DNA of 64,000 bases from Trueperaceae bacterium (GTDB lineage Bacteria; Deinococcota; Deinococci; Deinococcales; Trueperaceae), in NCBI GenBank assembly GCA_965215565.1, contig CBDCDZ010000004.1, forward strand, positions 3,072,001 to 3,136,000. The letters run 5' to 3'. Numbering within the stretch: the stretch's first letter is position 1; each line of letters opens with the position of its first letter. The translations under genes and the position numbers were made by a program. This document shows, in pieces, positions 28,179-37,801 of this stretch. The notes under the pieces were generated by a model. It was not told the DNA's origin, made no database searches, and was given only the letters and a program-made list of their open reading frames with translations.

Positions 28179-29273
28179 ATGTTAGCGTTTCGTCTTGCCC
28201 CTACACTCGGACTCATTCTATTTTTTCTCGTCTCTCACGCACAAGAAGTCATTGTCCAGCAAGGCGATACCTTAACCGGTCTCGCGCAACGTTACGGGAC
28301 GACACCCGAAGCTATCTTAGAAACGAACGGTCTGACAGGGACCGATCTGATGTCTGGCGCACGCTTAAAGATGCCCAGCCTAGAGACAACCTACGTCGTT
28401 CAGCCCGGCGACACGCTGAGCGCTATCGCCACCTCAGCGGGGACGACGGTGAACGCGCTCGTTGCGCTCAACGCGCTGCAGAGCACCGACCTTGCCGTCG
28501 GGCAGAGGCTCAAGCTGAGCGGGACGGCTGAGCCTCTAGTCATTACGGTCGAGCCGGGCGAGTCGCTCTGGGTCATCGCGGGGCGTTTCGGCGTGGACGT
28601 GGGGGCGCTGAGCGCCGCCAATGGGCTCTCTGACCAAGCCTCCCTGAACGCTGGCGACACGCTCACTATTCCCGGTCACTACGCCAACGAAGCGGACCAG
28701 GGGGGCGGCGCTGCGCCTACTGTGATGGTAGCGGCGGGCGAGTCGCTCGCGGCGATTGCGGCGCGTAACGGCACGACTGTGGAGGCGCTTATGCGCGAGA
28801 ATGACCTCCCCAGCGACGTTCTCAACCCCGGTCAGCGGCTCTCCATCCCTACAGATACAGCGACCACCTTTCCCGGTGCGACGTCGGGCATGGTCTGGCC
28901 CATCGTCGGACCGATCACCTCGCGCTTCGGTCCGCGCTACCTCTTCGGACAGACGTATCACTACGGGCTGGATGTGGACGGTAAAACGGGCGATCCTATC
29001 GTCGCGGCGATGCCGGGTACCGTCACCTATAGCGGCTGGCGCACGGGCTACGGCTACACTGTCATCGTCACATCGGGCAGCGTCGAGTACTACTACGCGC
29101 ACGCTTCAGAGCTGCTCGTGAGCGTCGGCACACCCGTTCGCGCAGGTCAGCTCATCGCTAAAATCGGCGCGACAGGAACGGCGACGGGCTCGCACCTGCA
29201 CTTCGAGGTGCGTATCGACGGCAAAGCTGTGGACCCCTTGCCTTTTCTGGAGCGCACCGCGCAACTTCCCTAG
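28179..29273 (+). CDS. LysM (x4) / M23 peptidase, secreted
   Basis: Signal peptide; four V..GDTL..IA repeats; HYGLD and HLHFE motifs. Confidence 0.92.
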   Translation: MLAFRLAPTLGLILFFLVSHAQEVIVQQGDTLTGLAQRYGTTPEAILETNGLTGTDLMSGARLKMPSLETTYVVQPGDTLSAIATSAGTTVNALVALNALQSTDLAVGQRLKLSGTAEPLVITVEPGESLWVIAGRFGVDVGALSAANGLSDQASLNAGDTLTIPGHYANEADQGGGAAPTVMVAAGESLAAIAARNGTTVEALMRENDLPSDVLNPGQRLSIPTDTATTFPGATSGMVWPIVGPITSRFGPRYLFGQTYHYGLDVDGKTGDPIVAAMPGTVTYSGWRTGYGYTVIVTSGSVEYYYAHASELLVSVGTPVRAGQLIAKIGATGTATGSHLHFEVRIDGKAVDPLPFLERTAQLP

Positions 29274-29339
29274 ACTCACCAAACCCAGATGCGTACGCCG
29301 CCACACCTCGCTGCTTAACGCGCTGCTACACTGACGCTG

Positions 29340-31043
29340 ATGAACGATGCTCTAGAGACGGCTGAGGCACTTTTGCGCCGCTATTTTGGGTTTTCCTCCT
29401 TTCGCCCTGGTCAGGAAGAGGTCATAGCCGCCGCTCTGACCGGGCGCGACGTTCTCGCGGTGATGCCTACGGGCGCAGGCAAGTCGCTGACGTATCAGCT
29501 CCCCGCGCTCGCCGCGCCCGGCTTGACGCTCGTCGTGAGCCCGCTCATCGCACTCATGAAAGACCAAGTGGACGCGCTCCGCGCGAGAGGGATTGCGGCA
29601 GCGGCGCTCAACAGCGCGCTCTCCGCGAGCGAGCAGCGCGCCGTGCTGCGTAACTTGAGTGAGCTTTCACTGCTCTACCTCGCGCCAGAGCGACTGGCAA
29701 ATCCTGACTTTGTAGGGACGCTAAAATGTTTGAACGTCGTTCGGCTCGTCGTGGACGAAGCGCACTGCATCTCGGAGTGGGGGCACGACTTCCGCCCGGA
29801 CTACCGTGAGTTGGGCGCGCTCCGCGAGGCGCTAGACTGCCCGAGCGTGACCGCGCTGACGGCGACCGCGACGGCAAGGGTGCAAGAGGACATCGCCGAC
29901 GTTCTTGGCTTGCGGCAGCCGGTGCGTATCGCCACGGGCTTCGACCGTCCCAACCTCACCTACCGGGTGTGGGTTGCGCCCTGTCAAGCGGCGAAGCGGG
30001 CGCTGCTGAGCGCCTTTTTGGAGCGCCGAGAGGGTCCGGGCATCATCTACGCGGGTACGCGCAAAGAGACCGAAGCGCTGAGCCAAGAGGTGACGCGGTG
30101 GGGCTGGCAGAGCGCGAGCTATCACGGTGGGCATGACGCGCGCCTCAGGGCTGACACGCAAGACGCCTTTTTAGGCGGGAAACTGGACCTTATGGTGGCG
30201 ACGAACGCTTTCGGCATGGGCGTAGACAAATCGGACGTGCGCTTCGTGCTGCACTACCAGATGCCGGGAACCTTAGAGTCTTACTACCAAGAAGCCGGGC
30301 GCGCCGGGCGAGACGGCGCGGCGGCGGCGTGCACGCTCCTCTACACGCCCCAAGACGCCGCGCTGCAGATGAGTCTTATCGAGTCGGGCAGCGTGAGCGC
30401 CTTGGACCTCAAGCGGATGTATCTGTATCTGCGCAACCACGCTCATGTATCGGCGCAGACGGCGGTGGCGGCGACCCGGCTACCCAGAGGCAAGTTCACG
30501 ACCGGCTTAAAAATGCTTGCCGAGCAAAGGATAGTGCACTTGGAGCGTCGCCGCGAAGGGCTAGGCGTCACGCTTGCGCCACCCTTTGACGCGCAACTCC
30601 CCGACTTTAGCGTTCTGGGCGCGCTTCTCGGAGCGCGTTTACGCGCCCGCTACGCACTCCTTAGGGAGATGACGCACTACGCTGAGCGTGCAGCGTGCCG
30701 CCGCCGCGCGGTTCTTGCTTATTTCGGTGACGCTTCGGTGCCTGCTGCGTGCGCCTGTGACCGCTGCGATCCTTCGACAAGTGCGCCGCTCACGGCGGAC
30801 GCCCACACAGTCTTCGGCGTCGTTTCGTCGGGTATCTCACAACGTAAGCTCATGACCACGCTGGCGCGTCACCCTCAATTCGCACGCTGGGAAGCCGAAG
30901 AGGTGCACATGTTCTGCGCGTGGCTTGTGGAAGAGGGCTGGCTACGGGTACGCTGGGGCACTGTGCGTCTCACCCAACCCACCCACCAGATGCTGCGCCG
31001 CGCACGTCAACCTCACCACCAGGCAGGGAAGTTATGCACCTAG
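29340..31043 (+). CDS. recQ: RecQ family ATP-dependent DNA helicase
   Basis: [23 protein letters not shown] and [10 protein letters not shown] motifs; Zn-binding CRR...CDRC. Confidence 0.92.
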   Translation: MNDALETAEALLRRYFGFSSFRPGQEEVIAAALTGRDVLAVMPTGAGKSLTYQLPALAAPGLTLVVSPLIALMKDQVDALRARGIAAAALNSALSASEQRAVLRNLSELSLLYLAPERLANPDFVGTLKCLNVVRLVVDEAHCISEWGHDFRPDYRELGALREALDCPSVTALTATATARVQEDIADVLGLRQPVRIATGFDRPNLTYRVWVAPCQAAKRALLSAFLERREGPGIIYAGTRKETEALSQEVTRWGWQSASYHGGHDARLRADTQDAFLGGKLDLMVATNAFGMGVDKSDVRFVLHYQMPGTLESYYQEAGRAGRDGAAAACTLLYTPQDAALQMSLIESGSVSALDLKRMYLYLRNHAHVSAQTAVAATRLPRGKFTTGLKMLAEQRIVHLERRREGLGVTLAPPFDAQLPDFSVLGALLGARLRARYALLREMTHYAERAACRRRAVLAYFGDASVPAACACDRCDPSTSAPLTADAHTVFGVVSSGISQRKLMTTLARHPQFARWEAEEVHMFCAWLVEEGWLRVRWGTVRLTQPTHQMLRRARQPHHQAGKLCT

Positions 31044-31807
31044 TCGTCATCGGAGACATCCACACGCAAGCCGCCAAGCTCTGGAACATGCTGCAACGCG
31101 CGGGACTCGCCGACGCCGAGCGCCGCCCCACCGAGAGAATGCGCGACCCGGACGTTACGCTCGTCTTGCTGGGCGACCTCGTCCACGCCAAGAGTCGCGA
31201 GCAGTATAGCGCCCTGGCGGGCGTGCGCACCTACGACGAGCACAACCCGCAGCACCTCGCCAAGGCTGAAAAGGCGCAGGTGGATTTTTTGCGCGAGGTC
31301 AAGGCGTTTCAGGACGCGGTAGGCGAGCGGATGGTCATCCTCATGGGCAACCACGACTTCAACGCGGTGAGTGACGAGCAGGGTCCACTGCGCACGGACG
31401 ACGTTTCGCACTTTGAATGGACTAGGGGTTACGGGAGCGAACTTGGGGGCGAACTGCGCACCTGGATCGCCAACTGGCCCTTCCAGACCGTCATCGACGA
31501 CATCCACTTCGCCCACGTCGGTCCGCGCCCCGAGCACAACCGCTACGACAGCGGCTTCTACCTGGAGAACCGCCGCCGCTGGATTTACGAGAACCGCGAC
31601 TTTTTAGCCGAGACGCCCTACCGCTTAGGCGTGTACGGTCATACCCCCGTGCGCGGCGGCGTGAACGTCGCGTCGCAAGGGCGCGCCATCTTGCTCGACA
31701 CGAACGGGCACGGGGAGGAGTTTTGCTACCTCACCATCGACACCTCTTCGCAGAACTACCGGCTGCGGATGCGCGGGCTCTTCTTCGATGAGATGATGAA
31801 GCGGTGA
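31034..31807 (+). CDS. Calcineurin-like metallophosphoesterase
   Basis: GDIH, GDLVH, GNHD and GHTP motifs. Confidence 0.88.
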   Translation: MHLVVIGDIHTQAAKLWNMLQRAGLADAERRPTERMRDPDVTLVLLGDLVHAKSREQYSALAGVRTYDEHNPQHLAKAEKAQVDFLREVKAFQDAVGERMVILMGNHDFNAVSDEQGPLRTDDVSHFEWTRGYGSELGGELRTWIANWPFQTVIDDIHFAHVGPRPEHNRYDSGFYLENRRRWIYENRDFLAETPYRLGVYGHTPVRGGVNVASQGRAILLDTNGHGEEFCYLTIDTSSQNYRLRMRGLFFDEMMKR

Positions 31808-32481
31808 CCGAACTCTGCAGCTACCGCCTCAACCTCTACGGCAAGGTGGTAGGCACGCACACGCTCCGCACGCAGCAGGGAAAGAGGGGCGTGGTGCTCG
31901 AGGCGAGGATGGCGCTGCAAGGCGCGCTAGGTCAGAAGACCATCACCCAGACGAGCCAGCTCAACCCCGCTCTGGAAAGTCTTCGCTTCACCGAAGAGAC
32001 CCAAGAGCGTTCAGAAACGCGCCTCTTCGAAGTGACGTTCGACAGAGAGCGCGGCGTGGTGCGGCTCACGCAGAGCAAGGGTAACAGCAAAGACACCGCT
32101 GAAGAGCCCTACATGTTGCCCTACCGCGACCCGCTCGGGCTCCTGCACGCACTCCGCGAACGCCCTGAGCGCTTGCGCGTGCCGCTGCTCGGCAAAGAGG
32201 TTCTCGCGGAACGTTTGGCGGAGGTGCCCTTAGAGACCGCCTTGGGCGAGCGGCGAGCGCATCCTTATGTGCTGCAACCGGGTCCCTGCTACGTCTATAT
32301 CGACGCCGCCCCGCCGCACCTCATCTTGCGCCTGACGCAGCGCTTCGAAGGCGGACTACTCGACGCTTTTTTGGTCAAAGTCGCCCAGGAAGACACTTCG
32401 GTTCAAGAGGAGCCGCGCCCACCTAAACGCAGCCGCCGCCGTCGCCGCCGCAGAGGGCGACGCGGCGGCGATAAGAACTGA
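31804..32481 (+). CDS. Hypothetical beta-rich protein with Arg-rich C-terminal tail
   Basis: Coupled ORF (GTGA overlap) with typical codon usage. Confidence 0.7.
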   Translation: MTELCSYRLNLYGKVVGTHTLRTQQGKRGVVLEARMALQGALGQKTITQTSQLNPALESLRFTEETQERSETRLFEVTFDRERGVVRLTQSKGNSKDTAEEPYMLPYRDPLGLLHALRERPERLRVPLLGKEVLAERLAEVPLETALGERRAHPYVLQPGPCYVYIDAAPPHLILRLTQRFEGGLLDAFLVKVAQEDTSVQEEPRPPKRSRRRRRRRGRRGGDKN

Positions 32482-32491
32482 GCCGGAGCGC

Positions 32492-33802
32492 TTAAACCAA
32501 ATAGTCCTGCGCCAGCATCGCGAAGCCTAAAAATGACGCGAAGCCCACGATGTCCGTGACCGTCGTCAGGATGATGTTGGAAGACTGCGCTGGGTCTTGC
32601 CCGAAACGCTCCATCATAAGAGGAATGCCCGCCCCTGCGACACCCGCAATCACTAGATTAACCGTCATCGCTACGGCGATCACAACGCCAAGCGCAATGT
32701 TCTGTGTCACAATCGCGGCAAAAAGACCCGCTACGATGCCGGTGGTAAGCCCGTTGACCAAGCCTACCGTCGCCTCTTTGAGGAGCACCTTGCGCGAGCG
32801 CCCGATATCGACCTCTTCTAATGCGAGCGAGCGGAGCATGACCGCCAACGCCTGCGCCCCCGCGTTGCCGCCTTGCCCCGCGACGACGGGTAAAAACGCC
32901 GCCAAAATCGTGATCTGCGCGATGATGCCGTCGAACGCGCCTACCACCGCCGCTGCCAAAAACGCCGTGCCGAGGTTGACTTGCAACCAGGGAAGGCGCT
33001 TGCGGATGCTGAAAAGAGGTGCTGAGTTCGCCTGCTCGTCCGCCCCGGCTCCGAACATCTTCTGCGCGTCCTCGAAGCCCTCCTCTTGCAACTCGCTCAC
33101 GAGTTGGTTGGAGGAGACGACCCCTTTAAGTCTGTCGGCGTCGTCCACGACGGGTACGGCGTGCAGGTTGCGCTCGCGCAAGAGGTCCGCGACGTCGTCG
33201 ATGTGGTTGGTGTCGTAGACCTTGACGAGGTTGCGAATCATGACGTTTTCTAGCGGGGTGAGCGGCAGATTGAGGACGAGGTCACGCAGCATCAGCACGC
33301 CGACGAGTACGTCGTTTTCGCCCGTCACATAGACGTAGTTGACGTGCCGCCCTACGAGCGCCAAGCGCCTGAGCCGCGTCAAGGCGTCACCCACCGTCGC
33401 CTTGCGGCGCAGCGCGACGAATTCGGGCGACATGATGCTTCCGGCGGTGTCCTCGGGGTACTCGCCTAAAGACTCAATTTCGCGGGCGTGCAGGGCGGGT
33501 AGCGCTGCCAAAATCGCCGCCTCGACCTCGTCGGGCACGTACTCTAAAATATCCACCGTCACCTCAGAAGGCAACTCGCGCACCAGGCTAAAGGTGTCTT
33601 GCATACTTGCCTCGAGCAGAAGCCGCGCCGCGAACTGCGGCGAAAACCCCTCCATCACGGGCGGGCGAAACTCCTCGTCCAATTTGCTCAGTTCCGCCCA
33701 CGCCTCGCGCGGCTCGAGCCGCTCCAAGACGCGGGCGCTGTCCATCGGGTGGTGCTGAATGAGGAAGCGAGCGAAATCTTCGCTGTAAGCCAGAGTCTCC
33801 AT
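32492..33802 (-). CDS. mgtE: Magnesium transporter MgtE
   Basis: YPEDTAGSIM, CBS pair, RLPWL, GGNAG.Q and DPA...TTVTD motifs. Confidence 0.92.
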   Translation of the reverse strand: METLAYSEDFARFLIQHHPMDSARVLERLEPREAWAELSKLDEEFRPPVMEGFSPQFAARLLLEASMQDTFSLVRELPSEVTVDILEYVPDEVEAAILAALPALHAREIESLGEYPEDTAGSIMSPEFVALRRKATVGDALTRLRRLALVGRHVNYVYVTGENDVLVGVLMLRDLVLNLPLTPLENVMIRNLVKVYDTNHIDDVADLLRERNLHAVPVVDDADRLKGVVSSNQLVSELQEEGFEDAQKMFGAGADEQANSAPLFSIRKRLPWLQVNLGTAFLAAAVVGAFDGIIAQITILAAFLPVVAGQGGNAGAQALAVMLRSLALEEVDIGRSRKVLLKEATVGLVNGLTTGIVAGLFAAIVTQNIALGVVIAVAMTVNLVIAGVAGAGIPLMMERFGQDPAQSSNIILTTVTDIVGFASFLGFAMLAQDYLV

Positions 33803-33989
33803 AGGGTCTATTGTGACCTATTTCTGCGAAAGAGGTGTAGGGGATGTGAAAAGAATGCGTGGGGTAGGGAAACACTCGAGTTGGTCTGGGGTTGACCCGA
33901 GCTAAAGACCTCTTCTAAAGTCGGTGACGAAGACAAACGTAACAGCGTCAAGGTGAGCGAGTTTCTATAGCAGGTATCCGTATATTAAG

Positions 33990-34130
33990 AGAAGCGAGGT
34001 GATGCCCAGCAAGTATCAGCTTTAGGGCTAACAGATGAACTGCACACCTCGCTCACTAAGCTACACGGAGCTTGCCTGATACTAAGACGCTTAGTAGCCT
34101 CATAGACGGATAAGCAGCTACCGTGAGCAG
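33990..34130 (+). ncRNA. Candidate IS110 bridge RNA (target- and donor-binding loops)
   Basis: Two stems, AGCGAGGTG/CACCTCGCT and CACGG/CCGTG, each with an internal loop whose strands match target or donor DNA. Confidence 0.7.
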
Positions 34131-34147
34131 CAACCTAAGGAGGTTGT

Positions 34148-35086
34148 ATGGTCATTATAGGGGTTGATCCACATCCGCAGAGCCATACCGCAGCAGCGTT
34201 AGATAAACAGGGCAAGGTATTAGGTCACTGCACCGTTACGAATACGGCTGAGGGCTTGGCAACTTTGGAGCACTGGATAAAGCGCTATGACGTTCAGCGG
34301 TGCGCTATTGAAGGGGCGAATAACCCCTTTGCTCGGAGGTTGAGTCAAGCGTTGCTCGGGCAGGACCATAAGGTTGTGGACATTAGTCCGAGTCTGACGA
34401 GTCAGTACCGCAGCAAAAGAGGACGCAAGAAGAGTGATGAGGTAGACGCTGAAAACGTAGCTCGGGCTGCTTTGGCTAATCCTGAGCTGACTACGTTTGC
34501 ACCTCGGCAAGCGGTTGAAGACCTCAAACATCTGACCCGCACCCGAGAAGCGCTAGCTAAACAGCTTACAGCGCACAAGCTGAGCTTAGCGAGCCTTGAG
34601 CTAGAGGTGGCTCGCCAAGCCGTCGAAGCCGTTATTGCAGTGCTTAAAGAACAACTCAAGACGCTCGAGCAGGCGATGAAAGCCCTCGTTGACGAACTGA
34701 TGCCTGAACTCTTAGAGGTCTTTGGCGTCGGCGTCGTTCACGCCGCCACGCTACTTGCTGAAGCAGGTGACATCCGACGCTTTCGTTCACAACACGCCTT
34801 TGCCATGTATTCAGGTTGTGCGCCTGTCGAGCGCTCTTCTGGTGGTCAGAAGAGAAGGCAACTCAACATCGGCGGCAACCGTCGGCTCAACCGCACCTTT
34901 CACATGATTGCCCAAGTCAGACTGCGCCACAGCGAACCGACAAGAGCCTATCTCGACAAGAAACAGCAGCAAGGCAAGACCCGCCGGGCTGCTCTAAGAA
35001 GTCTCAAAACCTATCTCGCAAGAGAACTCTTTCGTTTCATGCTGCAAGTCACTCAGCAGCACCCACAGAGGTGGAAAGGGGCTTGA
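34148..35086 (+). CDS. IS110 family recombinase/transposase
   Basis: DEDD RuvC motifs IGVDPH, AIEG, KSDEVDA; C-terminal GCAPVERSSG catalytic Ser and GGNRRLN; AAGGAGG RBS. Confidence 0.95.
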   Translation: MVIIGVDPHPQSHTAAALDKQGKVLGHCTVTNTAEGLATLEHWIKRYDVQRCAIEGANNPFARRLSQALLGQDHKVVDISPSLTSQYRSKRGRKKSDEVDAENVARAALANPELTTFAPRQAVEDLKHLTRTREALAKQLTAHKLSLASLELEVARQAVEAVIAVLKEQLKTLEQAMKALVDELMPELLEVFGVGVVHAATLLAEAGDIRRFRSQHAFAMYSGCAPVERSSGGQKRRQLNIGGNRRLNRTFHMIAQVRLRHSEPTRAYLDKKQQQGKTRRAALRSLKTYLARELFRFMLQVTQQHPQRWKGA

Positions 35087-35099
35087 CAACTCTATACTA

Positions 35100-35204
35100 A
35101 GTTCATCTGGTTTGAGCCAGTCTCACTATGCAAAGCGGTGTCTAGCACGCACGTTCTGAGACGATATCTGCGCTCACCCGTCTCAGTATGTTTTGGAACT
35201 GCTA
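35100..35204. repeat. Dispersed small non-coding repeat (MITE/SNR-like modules)
   Basis: 35102-35126 matches 23954-23978 and the reverse complement of 54757-54781; 35143-35204 matches the reverse complement of 54784-54870. Confidence 0.8.
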
Positions 35205-35274
35205 CTACATGCGTAGTCCTAGCTTTGGACCTCTGCAAACAGCCAGCGCGCGCAGCGTTCGTTAAGATAGCCCT

Positions 35275-35946
35275 ATGATAGATTTACAGACCCAAGCCAC
35301 GGACTACGCCGACCTCTTAAACACCTTTCTCGCCGACCTACCCGAGCTTGCGCTGGCGGAACTGGAGCCTGACCAGACCGCCCTCGCTAGCGTAGACGTC
35401 ATCGAAGGCTTTCACCGCAAAGGCGCACTCGCGAGCCCGCGCGTCGAGGCGATCATCCCCAGCGTGGTGGAGTTAGTAAGGCGCTTGAGCAATCACAGTG
35501 TTCCGCACGGCAATGTCGCGTTTATCCAGGACGCGCATCCGCAAGACGCGCAGGAATTTAGCGCCTACCCCGAGCACTGCGTCAAGGGCACCGAAGAAGC
35601 CGAAGCGGTAGCCGAGCTTAAAGAACTCCCGCACTGGGGCGACTACCAGCACTTCGAGAAGAACAGCATCGCGAGCCACACGAGCGAGGGGTTCGACACC
35701 TGGTTGGGTTCGTTGCAAGTCGAGAACATCATCGCGGTAGGCGACGTGACTGACCTCTGTTTGTACACGCTCGCGCTGCACATGCAGGTGCGCAACTTAG
35801 CAAACGGGCTAAAGCAGCGCATCATTGTCCCGGAAAGTTGCGTGCAGACCTGGGACGCGCCCGACCACCCCGGCGACCTCTACCACGCGCTGTTTCTGCA
35901 TCAGTTGGCGCGAAACGGGGTAGAAGTCGTTAAGGTCATCGCCTGA
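35275..35946 (+). CDS. Isochorismatase/nicotinamidase-like cysteine hydrolase
   Basis: VDVIEGF, DAH, PEHCVKGT.E and GDVTDLC motifs. Confidence 0.85.
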   Translation: MIDLQTQATDYADLLNTFLADLPELALAELEPDQTALASVDVIEGFHRKGALASPRVEAIIPSVVELVRRLSNHSVPHGNVAFIQDAHPQDAQEFSAYPEHCVKGTEEAEAVAELKELPHWGDYQHFEKNSIASHTSEGFDTWLGSLQVENIIAVGDVTDLCLYTLALHMQVRNLANGLKQRIIVPESCVQTWDAPDHPGDLYHALFLHQLARNGVEVVKVIA

Positions 35947-36054
35947 ACTTCTCTGTTGAAGAGCGAAGCGTATGAACCCGTACATTGTTCGGGTGAAGCG
36001 GGTGGCTATCTTATGGGAAGCTTAGGACTAGTTTAAGACCAGGGGGCTCGAACA

Positions 36055-36996
36055 GTGCAAAAAATCAGGCAAGCTAACTATCTATCACCGCGTCAGAGCG
36101 AGGACAAGCGCCCACTACAACACGTCACCTCGGACATCACCTACTTACGCACGCTCATCGTGAACGTCTACTTCGTCGGCACGGCGGACAGTTGGGTGCT
36201 CGTGGACACGGGCTTGCCGAACACGGCGAAGCGCATTTTAGACGCCGCCAGAGCGCGCTTTGGCGGTGCGTTCCCTAAAGCCATCATCCTTACGCACGCG
36301 CACTTCGACCATGTCGGCGCAGCGGCTGCGCTCGCCGAGCACTGGGGCGTGCCTATCTACGTCCATCCTTTGGAGATGCCCTACGTGACGGGCTCCGACT
36401 ACCCGCCGCCCGATCCGACGGTGGGAGGCGGTCTCATGGCGCTGTCCGCGCCGCTCTTTCCGCACTCGGGTACGCATCTGGAAAAGTACGTGCGCCCCTT
36501 GGCTGATGACGGGAGCGTCCCCTTTCTGCCGGAGTGGAGGATGATTCATACGCCGGGTCACACGGCGGGTCACGTGTCGCTCTTCCGCGAGCGAGACCGC
36601 GTGCTTATCGCAGGCGACGCCTTCGTCACGACGAAGCAGGAGTCTCTACGCGCTGTGCTGCAGCAGCGCAAAGAGGTCTGCAACCCGCCCGCATACTTCA
36701 CCCCCGACTGGCAGCGCGCAAAGGACTCGGTGCGGCGGCTCGCGGCGTTAGAGCCGTCGGTGGCGCTGACCGGGCACGGTTTGCCGATGCGCGGCGAGGA
36801 ACTGTCCTTGGGCTTAAACGCGCTCGCCCAAAACTTCGATGAGGTCATACGCGGACGCTACGCCGGGCGCGCTGCCGTGATGGACGAGCGCGGCGTGGTG
36901 GACGTGCCGCCGTCCCTCACGCCCTATCTTCTCGCTGGGCTGGGTTTGGCTGCGGCTGTCGGCGTGGGTGTCACCCTCTTTAGAAGTAGACGCTGA
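36055..36996 (+). CDS. MBL-fold metallo-hydrolase with C-terminal membrane anchor
   Basis: THAHFDH, HTPGHTAGH, AGDA and GHG motifs. Confidence 0.9.
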   Translation: MQKIRQANYLSPRQSEDKRPLQHVTSDITYLRTLIVNVYFVGTADSWVLVDTGLPNTAKRILDAARARFGGAFPKAIILTHAHFDHVGAAAALAEHWGVPIYVHPLEMPYVTGSDYPPPDPTVGGGLMALSAPLFPHSGTHLEKYVRPLADDGSVPFLPEWRMIHTPGHTAGHVSLFRERDRVLIAGDAFVTTKQESLRAVLQQRKEVCNPPAYFTPDWQRAKDSVRRLAALEPSVALTGHGLPMRGEELSLGLNALAQNFDEVIRGRYAGRAAVMDERGVVDVPPSLTPYLLAGLGLAAAVGVGVTLFRSRR

Positions 36997-37465
36997 CCAC
37001 ACCGTTCGTCAAGCTGATGCGTTCTTCCAAGCTCAGCGTCGCACCACCCGCTAGAGCTGCGCCCAGCCAATAGGTGTCCTGGCGGATGAGGTTGGCGAGT
37101 TCGCCGCCGTATGTCGGGCCGCCAATTTCAATGGACTTCGTGTCGTTCGGGCTGAGCGCCAGCGGCTCGGAGAGCGCTACGTCCACGCCCGACGCGGCGA
37201 CGCAGGTGCTCGCAGGCTCACTCTCCCGCCCGTACACCCGAATCTCCACGTCGCCCCCGCCGAGCGGCGCGTTGGAGGTGTAAGTGGCGTCGGCGCTGTA
37301 GGTGGCGTTGCTGAAACTCACCCTCGAGCCCTCCGTGACCCTTACATAGCAGATTTGCCCCTGGCTGCTGTTGCCGGGCAGGGCGATGTCTTGGACGCCG
37401 ATGCGAATAGGCGCAAAGGAGCAGCTTGCTAACGCGGTGACGAAAAGGATTGCGTATCTAGTCAT
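36980..37465 (-). CDS. Hypothetical lipoprotein
   Basis: Signal peptide with LASC lipobox; GAGG RBS. Confidence 0.7.
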   Translation of the reverse strand: MTRYAILFVTALASCSFAPIRIGVQDIALPGNSSQGQICYVRVTEGSRVSFSNATYSADATYTSNAPLGGGDVEIRVYGRESEPASTCVAASGVDVALSEPLALSPNDTKSIEIGGPTYGGELANLIRQDTYWLGAALAGGATLSLEERISLTNGVVSVYF

Positions 37466-37661
37466 AAAAACCTCTCAGTCTGGTATACCTGGAGGCCTCG
37501 AAGAAGGGTGTGAAAAGGCTTAAATGTGAGGCTACCCCTTCATCTGAAGCAGCTTTGGCAACGGAGGACAACCTCTTGTTGGTACGAACTGAAAAGAGGT
37601 CTAGATAGTGGTTCTAAGTCGAATGCCGCCGCGTGCTTCTTCTACTGTCTCCACGCGATAA

Positions 37662-37683
37662 GCAAGGGGTTGAAACCCCTTGC
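37662..37683. repeat. REP-like palindrome
   Basis: GCAAGGGGTT-GA-AACCCCTTGC. Confidence 0.45.
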
Positions 37684-37753
37684 CTTGACATCATTACCAT
37701 TCCAGATAGAGCCACTACCAAGTGTGCAATTCCGTATCGCGTCCCAACCATAG

Positions 37754-37784
37754 AGAAAGAGGTTCCACAAAGGAACCTCTTTCT
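37754..37784 (-). terminator. Terminator downstream of lon
   Basis: AGAAAGAGGTTCC-ACAAA-GGAACCTCTTTCT 13-bp stem. Confidence 0.8.
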
Positions 37785-37801
37785 ACTTGACAGCTTTTAA
37801 C

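Larger units (their letters stand above)
33975..35099 (+). mobile_element. IS110-family insertion sequence (ends inferred at a TA core)
   Basis: Transposase plus a 170-nt structured left end; TTGACA at the right end; guide-like matches define junctions AGCAGG-TA-TCCGT and CTATAC-TA-AGTTC. Confidence 0.8.

Noticed and set aside
32550..33218. Long antisense ORFs (also 53375-54043, 43018-43572, 49767-50339)
   Set aside because: Shadows of well-supported genes, expected in GC-rich DNA.
33964..35096. TCTATA direct repeat as IS110 ends or target-site duplication
   Set aside because: The guide matches fit a TA core at 33975/35098 better, and IS110 elements usually do not make TSDs.
37605..37665. 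Resemblance to the raiA-motif RNA 5' segment (GTGGTT..AAGTCGA.TGCC)
   Set aside because: Downstream conserved elements are not seen; similarity is short and probably chance.
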